From: Marispirochaeta sp.
GTDB taxonomy: Bacteria > Spirochaetota > Spirochaetia > JC444 > Marispirochaetaceae
DNA: 64,000 nt
Direction of reading: 5' to 3'
Assembly: GCA_963676835.2 (NCBI GenBank)
Contig: CAXXFF010000002.1
Span: 109,344-173,343 of the forward strand
In this document: one piece after another, positions 29,180-39,031 of the stretch
Layout of the letters: every line of letters starts with the position of its first letter
Numbering within the stretch: the stretch's first letter is position 1
The notes under the pieces: model-generated
The model's database searches: none
Seen by the model: the letters and a program-made list of their open reading frames with translations, nothing else
What the model was told of the DNA's origin: nothing
Program-made: the position numbers and the translations under genes

Positions 29180-30781
29180 ATGTTTAGAAACTTCAAAATA
29201 TCATCCCGCCTGATACTGCAAACGGTATTAATTGTTCTTCTCCTTATTGCAGTAAATGTGGTCTATATTATCGGTATCGATTATATCCGGGATTTCAGCA
29301 GTGCCCAGGGCAGTGAGATTATGCTGGACGGACAAAAGGACAAAATCAAGGTTGCCACGGAAAACCTGGCCGAGGGGCTGGGAAACCTGCTGAAAAATGT
29401 TCCCCCTTCGGAACAGGATGATTTAATACGCAGCTTTGTCGATCCCATACGCTTCGAAGAAGATAAATCAGGCTATTTCTTTGTGTACCGCCAGACAGTT
29501 ACCGTTGCCTTACCTCCACAGCCCGACCTGGTCGGGGAGGACAGAAAGAACATTCAGGACTCCAAAGGAACCTACCTGCTTCAGGAACTGCATAAAGCTG
29601 CGGAAGAAGGGGGTGGATTTGTTGAATACTGGTATGCGAAACCCGGCGCGGGAGAACAACCTAAACTTGCCTACTCCGCCATGATTCCCGGTACAGATCT
29701 CTGGATTGGAACCGGTGTCTATATAAGCAATGTTGAGGAGATGCGGGGTATCATCGACGCCAGAGTACGTACTATCTCAAGAAACCTGGTGCTTATGATT
29801 GTAGGAGGAATAAGCCTTCTGCTGCTTATAATATTCCTCCCCTTCACTGTTTTCCTTTACCGTAGTATTACGCTCCCGCTGCGTAATGCAGTCAACGTCA
29901 CCGACAGTATTGCCGGCGGCGACCTCAGAGCTCAGATCCGGGACAAGGGAAAAGATGAAGTTGCCCAGCTGATCCGCTCCATAAACATGATGCAGGTAAA
30001 ACTGCAGCAGATTGTAGCCAGTGTGAAAACAATAGCCGGAAAACTGTCCACAGGCAGCCGGGAAATCAGCACCACATCGCAGCAGGTTTCATCGGGTTCA
30101 ACTCAGCAGGCTGCTGCAACGGAAGAGACCAGTGCATCCATGGAAGAGATGGCCTCCACGGTACAGCACACATCGGATAATGCTGTTCAGACTGAAAAGA
30201 TCGCCCTTGCGGCACAGGAAACCGCCAAACGAGGCAGCCATGCGGTCCATGAAACCATCAGTGCCATGGAGAATATTCAGGGACGTACGGAACTTATAGA
30301 AGCCATTGCACGGCAGACAAATATGCTTGCCCTGAATGCCGCAATTGAAGCAGCCAGGGCCGGAGAAGCAGGGAAAGGCTTTGCGGTGGTTGCGGCGGAA
30401 GTCCGCAAGCTTGCTGAACGTTCACAGGAAGCTGCTGCTGTAATCACCAAAATCAGCACCGAGAGCATGACCGTCTCCCGGGAAGCCGGCAGGGTATTCG
30501 ACGAGATGCTCCCCGGTATTGAACGGACAGCAGACCTGGTACAGGAGATCAGCGCAGCCTCACGGGAGCAGTCAACCGGTATCGATCAGGTGACCAATGC
30601 CCTTACTCAACTGGATCAGACAGTACAGCACAATGCAGCAATATCCGAAGAGTTATCCGCCATGGCCAGGGAATTTGCCGACGGTGCTGCAGAGCTTGAA
30701 GAGATCATGCAGTATTTCACCGTCTCAGAGACAGAGAATAACCAGGATATTCCTCTTCTGCTGGACTCCAGCGAAAAGTAA
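29180..30781 (+). CDS. Methyl-accepting chemotaxis protein (Cache-like sensor, HAMP, MA domain)
   Basis: GYFFVY..YWYAKPG sensor, then the signalling hairpin [47 protein letters not shown] lies upstream of the ATG at 29180. Confidence 0.9.
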   Translation: MFRNFKISSRLILQTVLIVLLLIAVNVVYIIGIDYIRDFSSAQGSEIMLDGQKDKIKVATENLAEGLGNLLKNVPPSEQDDLIRSFVDPIRFEEDKSGYFFVYRQTVTVALPPQPDLVGEDRKNIQDSKGTYLLQELHKAAEEGGGFVEYWYAKPGAGEQPKLAYSAMIPGTDLWIGTGVYISNVEEMRGIIDARVRTISRNLVLMIVGGISLLLLIIFLPFTVFLYRSITLPLRNAVNVTDSIAGGDLRAQIRDKGKDEVAQLIRSINMMQVKLQQIVASVKTIAGKLSTGSREISTTSQQVSSGSTQQAAATEETSASMEEMASTVQHTSDNAVQTEKIALAAQETAKRGSHAVHETISAMENIQGRTELIEAIARQTNMLALNAAIEAARAGEAGKGFAVVAAEVRKLAERSQEAAAVITKISTESMTVSREAGRVFDEMLPGIERTADLVQEISAASREQSTGIDQVTNALTQLDQTVQHNAAISEELSAMAREFADGAAELEEIMQYFTVSETENNQDIPLLLDSSEK

Positions 30782-30806
30782 ATCCTCTTGCATTCCGGGA
30801 ACAGCC

Positions 30807-33800
30807 CTATTCCGTTTGGTCTGTTCCCGGAACCAGTTCCTTCATAGAATAAACAAGATCTTTGTACTTCTCAGCAGGCTCCCGCCAGCTGTAGACATTC
30901 CGGATCATATTATCCCGGGCAGCAGAGAGCTTTTCCGGTGTCTCTTCAGTGAAGATACGGTGAAAACGCTGCATGGCATCATACAGAGCGGGAGCAGTGT
31001 AATCCGAGAATAGTACTCCGTTACCCTGCAGAGACCTGCCGCTGCGCGCCAGGGACTTAACGGTATCCTTCAATCCTCCCGTTGCCCGTGCACAGACAAA
31101 GGATCCGCAGGCAAATGCCTCCAGCTGGCTGATTCCTCCCGGTTCATGCATGGAGGGCATCAGGAAAAGATCAGCCCCCAAAAGGGGAATCCGGACATCC
31201 TGGTATCCGATGCCCACGGAAACCTGACGGGGAAAGAAATCCGCCAGCTGTAACAGTCCCCGGGCAAGCTCATCACCCCGTTCATCGCCGCCGGCAACAG
31301 CCCCCCCGATAATTCCCTGATAGCCCAATGTGGAAAAAATGCCCCGGGAGGCTTCCAGAAGCAGCTGGAATCCCTTCTGTTCCGTCAAACGGTGGATCAT
31401 TACACAAAGAGGCGCATCGGGATCTACCTGCAGCCCCCGGGAGAGCTGAACAAGCAGCTTGATACGCATCCTCTCAAGGACCTGTCTGCGCCTTCCCGCC
31501 TTCATGGTATCAACAGTTTCCGGCTGCAGAAGTTCGGGATATTTTTCTTCAAGCTGATCTTTCAGCAAGGAGTCCCTGCTGACCGCATCCTTCAAGCCGG
31601 AAAGATTGCGCCGGATAAAATTATCCTCCCGCATTTTATTCATGGCCCGGACACGGAAATCAGTTCCCACACCGTTGTTTATTCCGGTTACATCGTGGAG
31701 AATACGTTCCATGCCGTCGGCCCCTATCTTCAGCTGCTCTGCGTAGCTCGGGGAAACAGTGACAATCCTGTCGGCGGAACGGATACCTGCGGCCATGCAG
31801 TTTATCCTGCCGGAATCAGACGGGTCTTCAACCCTCCAGTACTCATGATCCCCAAGATTAAACAGCCGGTACAGATCCGTGCCTTTTTCGTATCTGTGGT
31901 AGGCATCAAAGTACTGCCAGCCTCCGTTGTGGACAATATGAACAAGGCTGGCCCGGTCAAAGGGCGGATGCCCGGCGTACCCGGGATCACTTCGTATAAT
32001 GGAGCAGAATATTCCGGTAAAGGCATCGTTGGTAAATACCGCAAGGGGATCAAGTTCAAAGGTTCTGATAACTTCCGCCGAAGCCCGGGCAAAGGCTGTC
32101 CGCCGCCTCAGACGTTCTTCACCGGTAACGCCGAAGTAAAGTCCATCAAAGAACTCATGATGGTCAAGAAGATAGTAGTGGATACCATCCACAAGGCCGT
32201 AATGTACGCCTATTTCGTACTCCCTGCTCTGGATATAAAAGCGGACAGTCCTGCCGGTATAACGGATGCCGTAGCGGCGTACGGATTCATCCATCTTTTT
32301 ACGGACCTTGTCATCTCCCTGCTTGTAATAGGGGGTGATAACAACCGTCTCTTCTCCCATTACCGAAAGTTCCCGGGGGAGCTCGTAGACAACATTGGCA
32401 AGCCCTCCGGATTTCGAGAAGGGGTCCGCTTCGGCGGCAAGAAAAATAAGACTTCCGCCGCGGAAGGCATTGCTCAGAGAAGCACCGAGGCTGCTTAACG
32501 CTTCATCAGCATCAGCCTGCAGGCTTGTAATCAGATACCAGACCGCTGCAGCTGCGTTCCGGCTTTCCTCCAGCCGGTAAAAATTATACATAAAGCGTTT
32601 TACCGCCAGATGATAAGTTTCCCGATGTCCATCCAGAAGGGGCAGCAGGGTATTCAGCAGAAAATCACGGAACTTGCGATAGGACCCGCTGCGGGCCTTT
32701 AATTCCCCGAAAGCAAAATTGGCAAGAAAATAGTTCCTGCCGTTTCCGGAACAGAGACGAAAGACCGACTGCTTCAAGACCTCCGGGTAAGCCGCCGCTT
32801 TTTTCTCTTCATCCGTCTCTGCCGTAAGATTAAGCAGTTTATACCGGTCGGTATGGGGAATAATCGCCTCTATCCTGCTTTCTCTCAGCTCCCTGCCGGA
32901 ATACCATCCGGCCTGGCCGGTTACGGTTGAATACACCGGATCGATAATCTGATAAAACGCATCATCATCAATTGGAAGAGAGGGATCATCAAACTGAAGA
33001 AAAACACGCTCATCCCGGTCGGCAAAATTAAATGCCCCGAGCACGCCCTTTCTGCCTGAAAAGCGGACAGCCGCAGCAACCATATTATTATTGGCCCATA
33101 TAAGATGAGCCCGGCCTTTCTGCCGGCGGTGATTTCCATAAAGATTGGAATAGAACCCCTGGGTTCCCCGGTTTGCCTCCCGCTCAAAATCATTCCAGTT
33201 TACATAGATGTTATCCAGATATACCTTCCAGGATTCCCCTTCCGCACTGCCCTCATAGTCAAGAATAATACGGCTCAAGAAACCGGTAAGCATGACAGCT
33301 GCTTTGAATCCCCGGGCACCGAAGGTATTGAGCGCCCGACGTTCATCATGGTTGCCCAGGATGCCCAGCAGTTCCGCTCCCGGAGGCAGAATAGAGGGGT
33401 AATGCTGCTGGTAGATGTGGTAAATCTCCCGGACATCGGTCTTTCCATGAATAATGTTTTCACAGATTTTAAAGAGCGCCGAGTTGTAGGGAACCGTTCC
33501 GGTTCTGGAAAGATACTGTTCCCTGCCCCAGTAGCACTCTGCCAGGTTTACAAAATACTTCTTCCCCAGCCGCAGCAGCAGCCGGTGAATACGCTGGTAC
33601 AGATAATAATGGAAAGGTACTGCAATGAGTTCCGCACAGGCGGAATCATAATAACCGGTGGTAACATAATGGTCATACTCACGGTTGTTGTCGATGATTT
33701 CTCCTTCCACCAGGGACTCTCTGCTGCGGTAATCACCATGCAGAAAGGGGTAGTTATTGCGCCGCATCATTACCGGGACAGCATGGGAGGAGTCGAAGCG

Positions 33801-35729
33801 GATTCCATCTATATCGAACTTCTCTATGAGGGTGCAGACTGAATCGGCCAGCCATTCCCAAACCGCAAATTTCCGGTAATTGAGAAGCTTGCCGTCATTC
33901 CAGCTGCCGTAGCGGCCGTCTGTAGAGCCCCGTACTACAAGATTGCCCTGACTGTCGTAGCAGCGTACTGCCATTTCATCCGGAAGCTCCTCAGAGCGGC
34001 GGTTAAGATGGGGAATAATATCAACAATAATCTTTATTCCCAGGCGGTGGGCCTCTTCGACCAGGCCGAGAAACCCCTCCTCCCCGCCGAGGGCCGGCTC
34101 AAGGGCGGTAAGACTCATGGGAGCGAAGGGAGAAGGCGATCTCGCCTCCTCTGCCCAGTCTTCCCGGTTGCTCCCCCGCTTCTGTATTCCAAGAACATAC
34201 AGGGCGCTGATGGAATAGCGGGATTTGAGATCCTCCAGATGAGCCCTGATATCACCGAAGGTACCGGTACGGATGATCTGCCCGGACTCATTGAACACCA
34301 TCCCGGGATTTTCAGAGCCCCAGTAGAGCCTGGTGTGGCCGTGAATATCGGGAAATATCTCGAGGACAAGCTCTCCATCCAGGCTTGGCTGAACATTCAG
34401 ACGTCCGCCGCTTCCGTCCACCCAGCGGGGCCCGTTCTTCAGATTACGGTAGACCACCCAGTCATAGCTCCCCAGGGTACGGAAGATTCTGGAAACCTCC
34501 CATATGCCGCTCTCCCGGGAGTAATTGAGGGTGATATCGGTATAATCGAGATTTCCGTCTACAAAAAGCTTCTCCGCCGATCGGTCCCCGTAGATACGCA
34601 GAAAATAACCGGTCTTGCTGCGGGGGAGCTCAAATCTGAAGGTGTGGCTGGTGCCGGCATCTATGGTGACAAACTGAGTTGCCAGGGGAGCATCAAATTC
34701 CTTGGGGGCAAAAACACGTTCAAGAAGGATATTTGCCCGGTTACGGATTTCATGAATATCATGTCCTGAAGCGGCAACAAGCAGTCTCACCACTTCACGG
34801 AGGGAAGTGGCATCGTTATGGGTTTTAAACCGCCGGGCCAGTCTTTCCAGCTCATCCAGCGCTGTCCGGCACTGGTTATAATCGAAGAGACCGGACTCAC
34901 CGGGAAGCCTGGCATCCAGCTGCTCAAGCAGTGAGTTCCGCTGCTTTTGGGAAAAGGGCCGTGCTTTGCCTGAAATAGGCGCCGGAGGGGATTCAAATAC
35001 ACCGGCCCGGGTGATTACCCGGTCCAGCAGCAGATCAAACTGCCGTTCCTGCTCCCTGCTCAGCGGATCGGTGTGGGTGTATCCTGTCTCGACAGCCCGC
35101 TCCTCAATTCGGAGAAGGGTAAGAAACATCCCGTATGAATCCTCCAGCCCTTCGGAGAGATCGGCGTAGACACTGTCAGTCAGATTAAAGCCCAGATAGA
35201 TCGTGGGCTGCTCTTTTTCCGGCGGGCCTGCATCAACCCAGGCAAGGAGAGAAGTATCGGTGGAGATGTGAAAGATGGTAGGACTTGCCGGTCTTTCCCT
35301 GACAAAAACAAAACGGCGTCCCGAGAGCAGGGAATGATCAATATCTGAAAGAGCACGGTGAACCAGAACAAGTCCGTCAAGAAGACGGTCCGCGAGACGT
35401 CCCTGACTGGCCACTCTTCTTTTGCCGGACGGTTCATTCTCTGCAGCAGCAGCAAGCATCTGATCCCGAAGGGGAATCAGCAGGGAGGAGGCATCACTGG
35501 CATTTCCTTCAATCTGAAAGGCCTTGACTGCATTCAGATCCGGATAGAAAGGGAAACTCCTGGACTGACGAATAGATTCATCTATTTCATGTTCAATATC
35601 CCGGGCACTAAAGAGCTTCCGGTCCTCATCACGGCATCGAATCAGGGCGGAAGGAAAATGTACCGAATGGTTCCAGCTCATAGGCACCTCGCTTACGTCC
35701 ATAGTACCAGCCCCGGGGGTAACAGGCAA
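30807..35729 (-). CDS. Giant fusion protein: N-terminal region with no recognised catalytic motif (about 470 aa), GH13 alpha-amylase-family catalytic domain, linker, and GT5 glycogen/starch synthase domain
   Basis: GH13 conserved regions: IKIIVDIIPHLN (34003-34045), DGIRFDSSHA (about 33780-33816), NLAECYWG (about 33527-33549), LGNHDERR (about 33337-33360). GT5: LIFLAAEADPFSKSGGLANV (about 32396-32455) and EPGGISQLEAFACGSFVCARATGGLKDTV. Start uncertain: TTG 35729, ATG 35702, or ATG 35681 with a GAGGTG SD. Confidence 0.85.
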   Translation of the reverse strand: MPVTPGAGTMDVSEVPMSWNHSVHFPSALIRCRDEDRKLFSARDIEHEIDESIRQSRSFPFYPDLNAVKAFQIEGNASDASSLLIPLRDQMLAAAAENEPSGKRRVASQGRLADRLLDGLVLVHRALSDIDHSLLSGRRFVFVRERPASPTIFHISTDTSLLAWVDAGPPEKEQPTIYLGFNLTDSVYADLSEGLEDSYGMFLTLLRIEERAVETGYTHTDPLSREQERQFDLLLDRVITRAGVFESPPAPISGKARPFSQKQRNSLLEQLDARLPGESGLFDYNQCRTALDELERLARRFKTHNDATSLREVVRLLVAASGHDIHEIRNRANILLERVFAPKEFDAPLATQFVTIDAGTSHTFRFELPRSKTGYFLRIYGDRSAEKLFVDGNLDYTDITLNYSRESGIWEVSRIFRTLGSYDWVVYRNLKNGPRWVDGSGGRLNVQPSLDGELVLEIFPDIHGHTRLYWGSENPGMVFNESGQIIRTGTFGDIRAHLEDLKSRYSISALYVLGIQKRGSNREDWAEEARSPSPFAPMSLTALEPALGGEEGFLGLVEEAHRLGIKIIVDIIPHLNRRSEELPDEMAVRCYDSQGNLVVRGSTDGRYGSWNDGKLLNYRKFAVWEWLADSVCTLIEKFDIDGIRFDSSHAVPVMMRRNNYPFLHGDYRSRESLVEGEIIDNNREYDHYVTTGYYDSACAELIAVPFHYYLYQRIHRLLLRLGKKYFVNLAECYWGREQYLSRTGTVPYNSALFKICENIIHGKTDVREIYHIYQQHYPSILPPGAELLGILGNHDERRALNTFGARGFKAAVMLTGFLSRIILDYEGSAEGESWKVYLDNIYVNWNDFEREANRGTQGFYSNLYGNHRRQKGRAHLIWANNNMVAAAVRFSGRKGVLGAFNFADRDERVFLQFDDPSLPIDDDAFYQIIDPVYSTVTGQAGWYSGRELRESRIEAIIPHTDRYKLLNLTAETDEEKKAAAYPEVLKQSVFRLCSGNGRNYFLANFAFGELKARSGSYRKFRDFLLNTLLPLLDGHRETYHLAVKRFMYNFYRLEESRNAAAAVWYLITSLQADADEALSSLGASLSNAFRGGSLIFLAAEADPFSKSGGLANVVYELPRELSVMGEETVVITPYYKQGDDKVRKKMDESVRRYGIRYTGRTVRFYIQSREYEIGVHYGLVDGIHYYLLDHHEFFDGLYFGVTGEERLRRRTAFARASAEVIRTFELDPLAVFTNDAFTGIFCSIIRSDPGYAGHPPFDRASLVHIVHNGGWQYFDAYHRYEKGTDLYRLFNLGDHEYWRVEDPSDSGRINCMAAGIRSADRIVTVSPSYAEQLKIGADGMERILHDVTGINNGVGTDFRVRAMNKMREDNFIRRNLSGLKDAVSRDSLLKDQLEEKYPELLQPETVDTMKAGRRRQVLERMRIKLLVQLSRGLQVDPDAPLCVMIHRLTEQKGFQLLLEASRGIFSTLGYQGIIGGAVAGGDERGDELARGLLQLADFFPRQVSVGIGYQDVRIPLLGADLFLMPSMHEPGGISQLEAFACGSFVCARATGGLKDTVKSLARSGRSLQGNGVLFSDYTAPALYDAMQRFHRIFTEETPEKLSAARDNMIRNVYSWREPAEKYKDLVYSMKELVPGTDQTE

Positions 35730-35874
35730 TTTTTATATGAGGGGATACTCTAAAAACGTGGTGTTTTTGTCATTGTCAGGGATAAAAGGTTTTGCATCCC
35801 GGGAGGAGCGCGGGAAATCCCGAGGTCGCAGGTTATGGCTGAAAGAGCAGTTTTTAAAGCTTCCTTGCGAATAA

Positions 35875-37071
35875 TTGGTGTATACTTCCCCCATGGAAAG
35901 TTCCAGGGAGATCAGCAGTATAAAAAACAGGTTCCCCGAGAAGATGCTGGGCCATATAACAGAATGCATCGACCCCTTCGGCAGCGGTACAACGCTGACA
36001 GAAGCAATCAATTTCTTCAACGAGAACCCGGAGTATGGAGCCTGGCCGGTAGAGACAGAGAAGGGCAGCCTTGGAATAATTCCGCGGGATATTCTCCTGG
36101 AAAAAGGCAAGTCTAGGCTGGAGAAAATCCGGAACAGAAAGGCTGCTGATTTTTCTATTCCACGGATAAAAAGCTATGAAGCCCGGGATAACTGTCAGGC
36201 GGTGGCCGCAAAAATTGTTGAGAATGAAATCCGGACTGATACACTTATTATCTACAGCAACGGCACCTTTATGGGTATTATTCCGGTAAACCGACTCCTG
36301 AAACATGCTGCCCATCTTCGCAGCCGGGAACTCGGCTATGCCAGAGAGATTCAGGAATTTCTTCTCAGGCGCTCAAAACCGGAAGAACGAGGTTTTACCT
36401 ACCGATATCTGCTGAAACAGTCCAACGATATAGGGGGAGACTTTTACCAGGTAATCAAACTGGGAAACAGGACAGTCCTTGCCTCCTTTGACGTGAGTGG
36501 AAAGAATGTTTCTGCATCACTGGCAACATCCATGATAAGTGCGGTACTGGCAACCCTGGAAGAATCACCGGATCAGCAGCATAACCCTGCAGAGTTTCTC
36601 ACACTGTTTAATAATATTCTCTGCAAAATCACCCCCCTGGATCTCTTTGTGGCAGGTCTATTCTACTTCATCAGCCCCGAAAACAGTGAAGTGGAAATTT
36701 TTAATTTTGGATATTCCCGGATCTTCATAATTTCCCGGGGGGAAAATAGAACAGGCAGGATCACTGCCGCAGAACCGCAGCTTCGTCCTCTGGGAATTGA
36801 TGCAATTGATGATCCGGCGGTGCTGGAAAAGGTTAAACTTGTACTGTCAGGCCAAAACAGGCTGACTCTGGTAAGCTGGTCTGACGGACTGGAGGATATG
36901 CAGAACCCCATGGGCCGGAAATTCGGAGAGAAACGAATTGAAGATTTTGTACGGAAAAATTATGCCTTAAGCCCGGAGAGGTTTATAGCTGATCTGGAAC
37001 AAACCATTGATGAGTTTCGCCGGGACACGCCCCAGCCTGATGACATTACAGCCCTCTGTCTGAAACTGTAA
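35875..37071 (+). CDS. CBS-pair plus PP2C/SpoIIE-type serine phosphatase (RsbU-like)
   Basis: Two CBS-like units (WPVETEKGSLGIIPRDILL; GTFMGIIPVNRLL), then IGGDFYQV, FDVSGKNVSASL and DDITALCLKL. Start uncertain (TTG 35875 or ATG 35893). Confidence 0.8.
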   Translation: MVYTSPMESSREISSIKNRFPEKMLGHITECIDPFGSGTTLTEAINFFNENPEYGAWPVETEKGSLGIIPRDILLEKGKSRLEKIRNRKAADFSIPRIKSYEARDNCQAVAAKIVENEIRTDTLIIYSNGTFMGIIPVNRLLKHAAHLRSRELGYAREIQEFLLRRSKPEERGFTYRYLLKQSNDIGGDFYQVIKLGNRTVLASFDVSGKNVSASLATSMISAVLATLEESPDQQHNPAEFLTLFNNILCKITPLDLFVAGLFYFISPENSEVEIFNFGYSRIFIISRGENRTGRITAAEPQLRPLGIDAIDDPAVLEKVKLVLSGQNRLTLVSWSDGLEDMQNPMGRKFGEKRIEDFVRKNYALSPERFIADLEQTIDEFRRDTPQPDDITALCLKL

Positions 37072-37130
37072 CTTTCTTGGAGATACCCGACAACCGCTTG
37101 GTGTGCTTCCGGCTGTCGGGTATCCGGGAG

Positions 37131-37325
37131 CTATTCCTCTTCGTCCCCGATCTCATCTTCAGAATCCTCGCCGGGAACATAAAACAAATCCCTCAGGGTA
37201 TCTTCGTCAGCGATCTGACCGCCGTCGGTTTCACCCTCTTTCTTTTTTAATTTCTTCTCTTCTTTTTTCTTTTTCTTTTCTAGTTCGCGCCGTCTTTTTT
37301 CGTAACTGAACTGATTTCTGCCCAC
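37131..37325 (-). CDS. Small highly charged protein (about 64 aa; Lys-rich centre, acidic tail)
   Basis: GTG at 37325 is preceded by AAGGAGG with 4-nt spacing. Sequence: GRNQFSYEKRRRELEKKKKKEEKKLKKKEGE...EDSEDEIGDEEE. Confidence 0.4.
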   Translation of the reverse strand: MGRNQFSYEKRRRELEKKKKKEEKKLKKKEGETDGGQIADEDTLRDLFYVPGEDSEDEIGDEEE

Positions 37326-37390
37326 TATACCTCCTTCTCTTACTGATCCTTTCAACTGTGCAGACAATAATTCGAATATGTACTGGTGAA

Positions 37391-37424
37391 AGGAAAAAAG
37401 AAAAGCCAGGCTTTACAGCCTGGC
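37391..37424 (-). terminator. Rho-independent terminator after the RRM gene
   Basis: Minus strand: GCCAGGCT gtaa AGCCTGGC followed by TTTTCTTTTTT. Confidence 0.7.
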
Positions 37425-37444
37425 CTTAACTGTCAACGTTCGGT

Positions 37445-37720
37445 TTAGTACTGAAACCGCCGTTCCCGGGGTTTCCGGTCGTTTGCTTCGCTGACCCGAA
37501 GTTCTCTTCCGTCGAGTTCCTGACCGTTGAGAGCGGAGATAGCAGCTTCTGCCGCATCATCCTCTTCCATCTCAACAAAGCCGAAGCCCTTTGAGCGGTC
37601 GGTGTAACGATCGGTGATGATTTTTGCGCTCAGAACCGCACCATACTGTGCGAAAGCCTGATTCAGCGCATCATCGGTGGTAGAGTAATTGAGATTACCC
37701 ACATAGATCTTTTTTGCCAT
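37445..37720 (-). CDS. RNA-binding protein (single RRM; RNP-1/RNP-2)
   Basis: RNP-2 IYVGNL and RNP-1 KGFGFVEM. GGAG lies upstream of the ATG at 37720. Confidence 0.9.
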   Translation of the reverse strand: MAKKIYVGNLNYSTTDDALNQAFAQYGAVLSAKIITDRYTDRSKGFGFVEMEEDDAAEAAISALNGQELDGRELRVSEANDRKPRERRFQY

Positions 37721-37973
37721 GATTCTACTCCTGTGCACCTGTTCTACAGGTAAACCTTAATTTATGTAACTTTGTGTTCCTTGCGGATAAAGACCAGTAC
37801 CAGAAAAAAGGAAGGTGCAATCGAGAGAAGCGCCATAGCGAGAACATAAGGCCGATAAGCAGTCTAGGACCTTTTAGAGAACCAGTATAGTACAAAGAAC
37901 AACAGCATACTCTTATGCCGTCATTTGGGTTACCTCTTCATCCTAGCAGAGATAGGTGGTGACGTCAAGCAGA

Positions 37974-38951
37974 TTAATCTGCACCTCTCCAAAGCAGTCC
38001 AAGAACCTCTCTGGATGGACTTGATTCGGGAAAATCCGGCCCTTTTACTACCTTACCGCCCTCAAACAGGCCAGGGATATACTCCTTAACCTGACTTTTA
38101 AGCCAGTTTTCCGGTGCATCGGGAGCATTCAGGAGTGTCATAAGGACACCATGCGGAGCAAGCCATTTCCCCGCCCGGCGCAGAAGTTTGGGATAATCCC
38201 GGTTATATTGAAAACTCCGCCCCTGCCGCGAGGGAGGATCGGCAATAATAATATCAAAGAGTCCCATACGGTCCACCCGGGAGAAGGATTTCATAATATC
38301 CAGAGAAAGATACGATACCCTGCATGGTATCCCGTCTCCAAAATTAAGGACATGGTTCTCCCTGCCCCGGTCAAGAACCGCCTGTTTCATATCGATATTC
38401 ACCACTTCACCAGCTCCTCCTGCCGCGGCAGCAACGGAAAAGCCGCAGGTGTAGGCAAACAGGTTCAGAACTCTCATGTCCCGGGAATGCTCCCGCACCC
38501 AGCTTCTGGCAGAACGGGCATCAAAGAAAAAGCCGGGGTTTTGTCCCCGCAGGGGTTCGGCAAAAAATTTCAGACCATCTTCAAGAAAGGTAAGCTTTTC
38601 CGGAACCGGAAAACCCGCAGAGGCAACAATTTCAGAGCCGCGGGAACTGCGTTCCTGAACAATTGCAGATCGGATTTCGTGAAGATCCCGGAATTCATCC
38701 AAAAGCCTTTTTAGAATTTTTTCCATATCCCCCCTCTCCTGCCCGGTCAGAGACCGGTACACCACGATAAAAAGAAGGGAACCATATACATCGGCGGAAA
38801 AATCCTCTAGTCCTGCAGCAGTGCCGCCGCGGCCATGAAGAAGCCTTCCGCTGAAACCGGAGGGTTTATCGGCAAGCTGCCGGTGAATATACTGAAAAAA
38901 ATCCTGAGAAAAAAGGGAAACCACGGCGCATGCTATAGGGTCGGACCGCAA
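37974..38951 (-). CDS. Class I SAM-dependent methyltransferase (RlmI/RlmK-like)
   Basis: [26 protein letters not shown] and DIIIADPPS. Confidence 0.75.
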   Translation of the reverse strand: MRSDPIACAVVSLFSQDFFQYIHRQLADKPSGFSGRLLHGRGGTAAGLEDFSADVYGSLLFIVVYRSLTGQERGDMEKILKRLLDEFRDLHEIRSAIVQERSSRGSEIVASAGFPVPEKLTFLEDGLKFFAEPLRGQNPGFFFDARSARSWVREHSRDMRVLNLFAYTCGFSVAAAAGGAGEVVNIDMKQAVLDRGRENHVLNFGDGIPCRVSYLSLDIMKSFSRVDRMGLFDIIIADPPSRQGRSFQYNRDYPKLLRRAGKWLAPHGVLMTLLNAPDAPENWLKSQVKEYIPGLFEGGKVVKGPDFPESSPSREVLGLLWRGAD

Positions 38952-39031
38952 ATGGTCAAGTCTGCCACTTCCTATTCGATCCGTTCGATTGTAGACTGTT
39001 TTCCAGGAAGCCCATAAGCAAAGGAGTTCTC

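Noticed and set aside
30793-30828. Inverted repeat CCGGGAACAG-N16-CTGTTCCCGG between the MCP and the giant gene as a special element
   Set aside because: It sits at a convergent gene junction and overlaps the last codons of the giant gene. The simplest reading is a shared transcription terminator or attenuating stem, and it has no T-run.
31392-34769. Long antisense ORFs inside the giant GH13-GT5 gene (31392..32498 at 368 aa, 33105..33842, 34008..34769)
   Set aside because: They lie fully within a minus-strand gene that has strong motif support. Their sequences are low-complexity and Pro/Gly/Arg-rich with no motifs, as expected for shadow ORFs of a moderately GC-rich gene.
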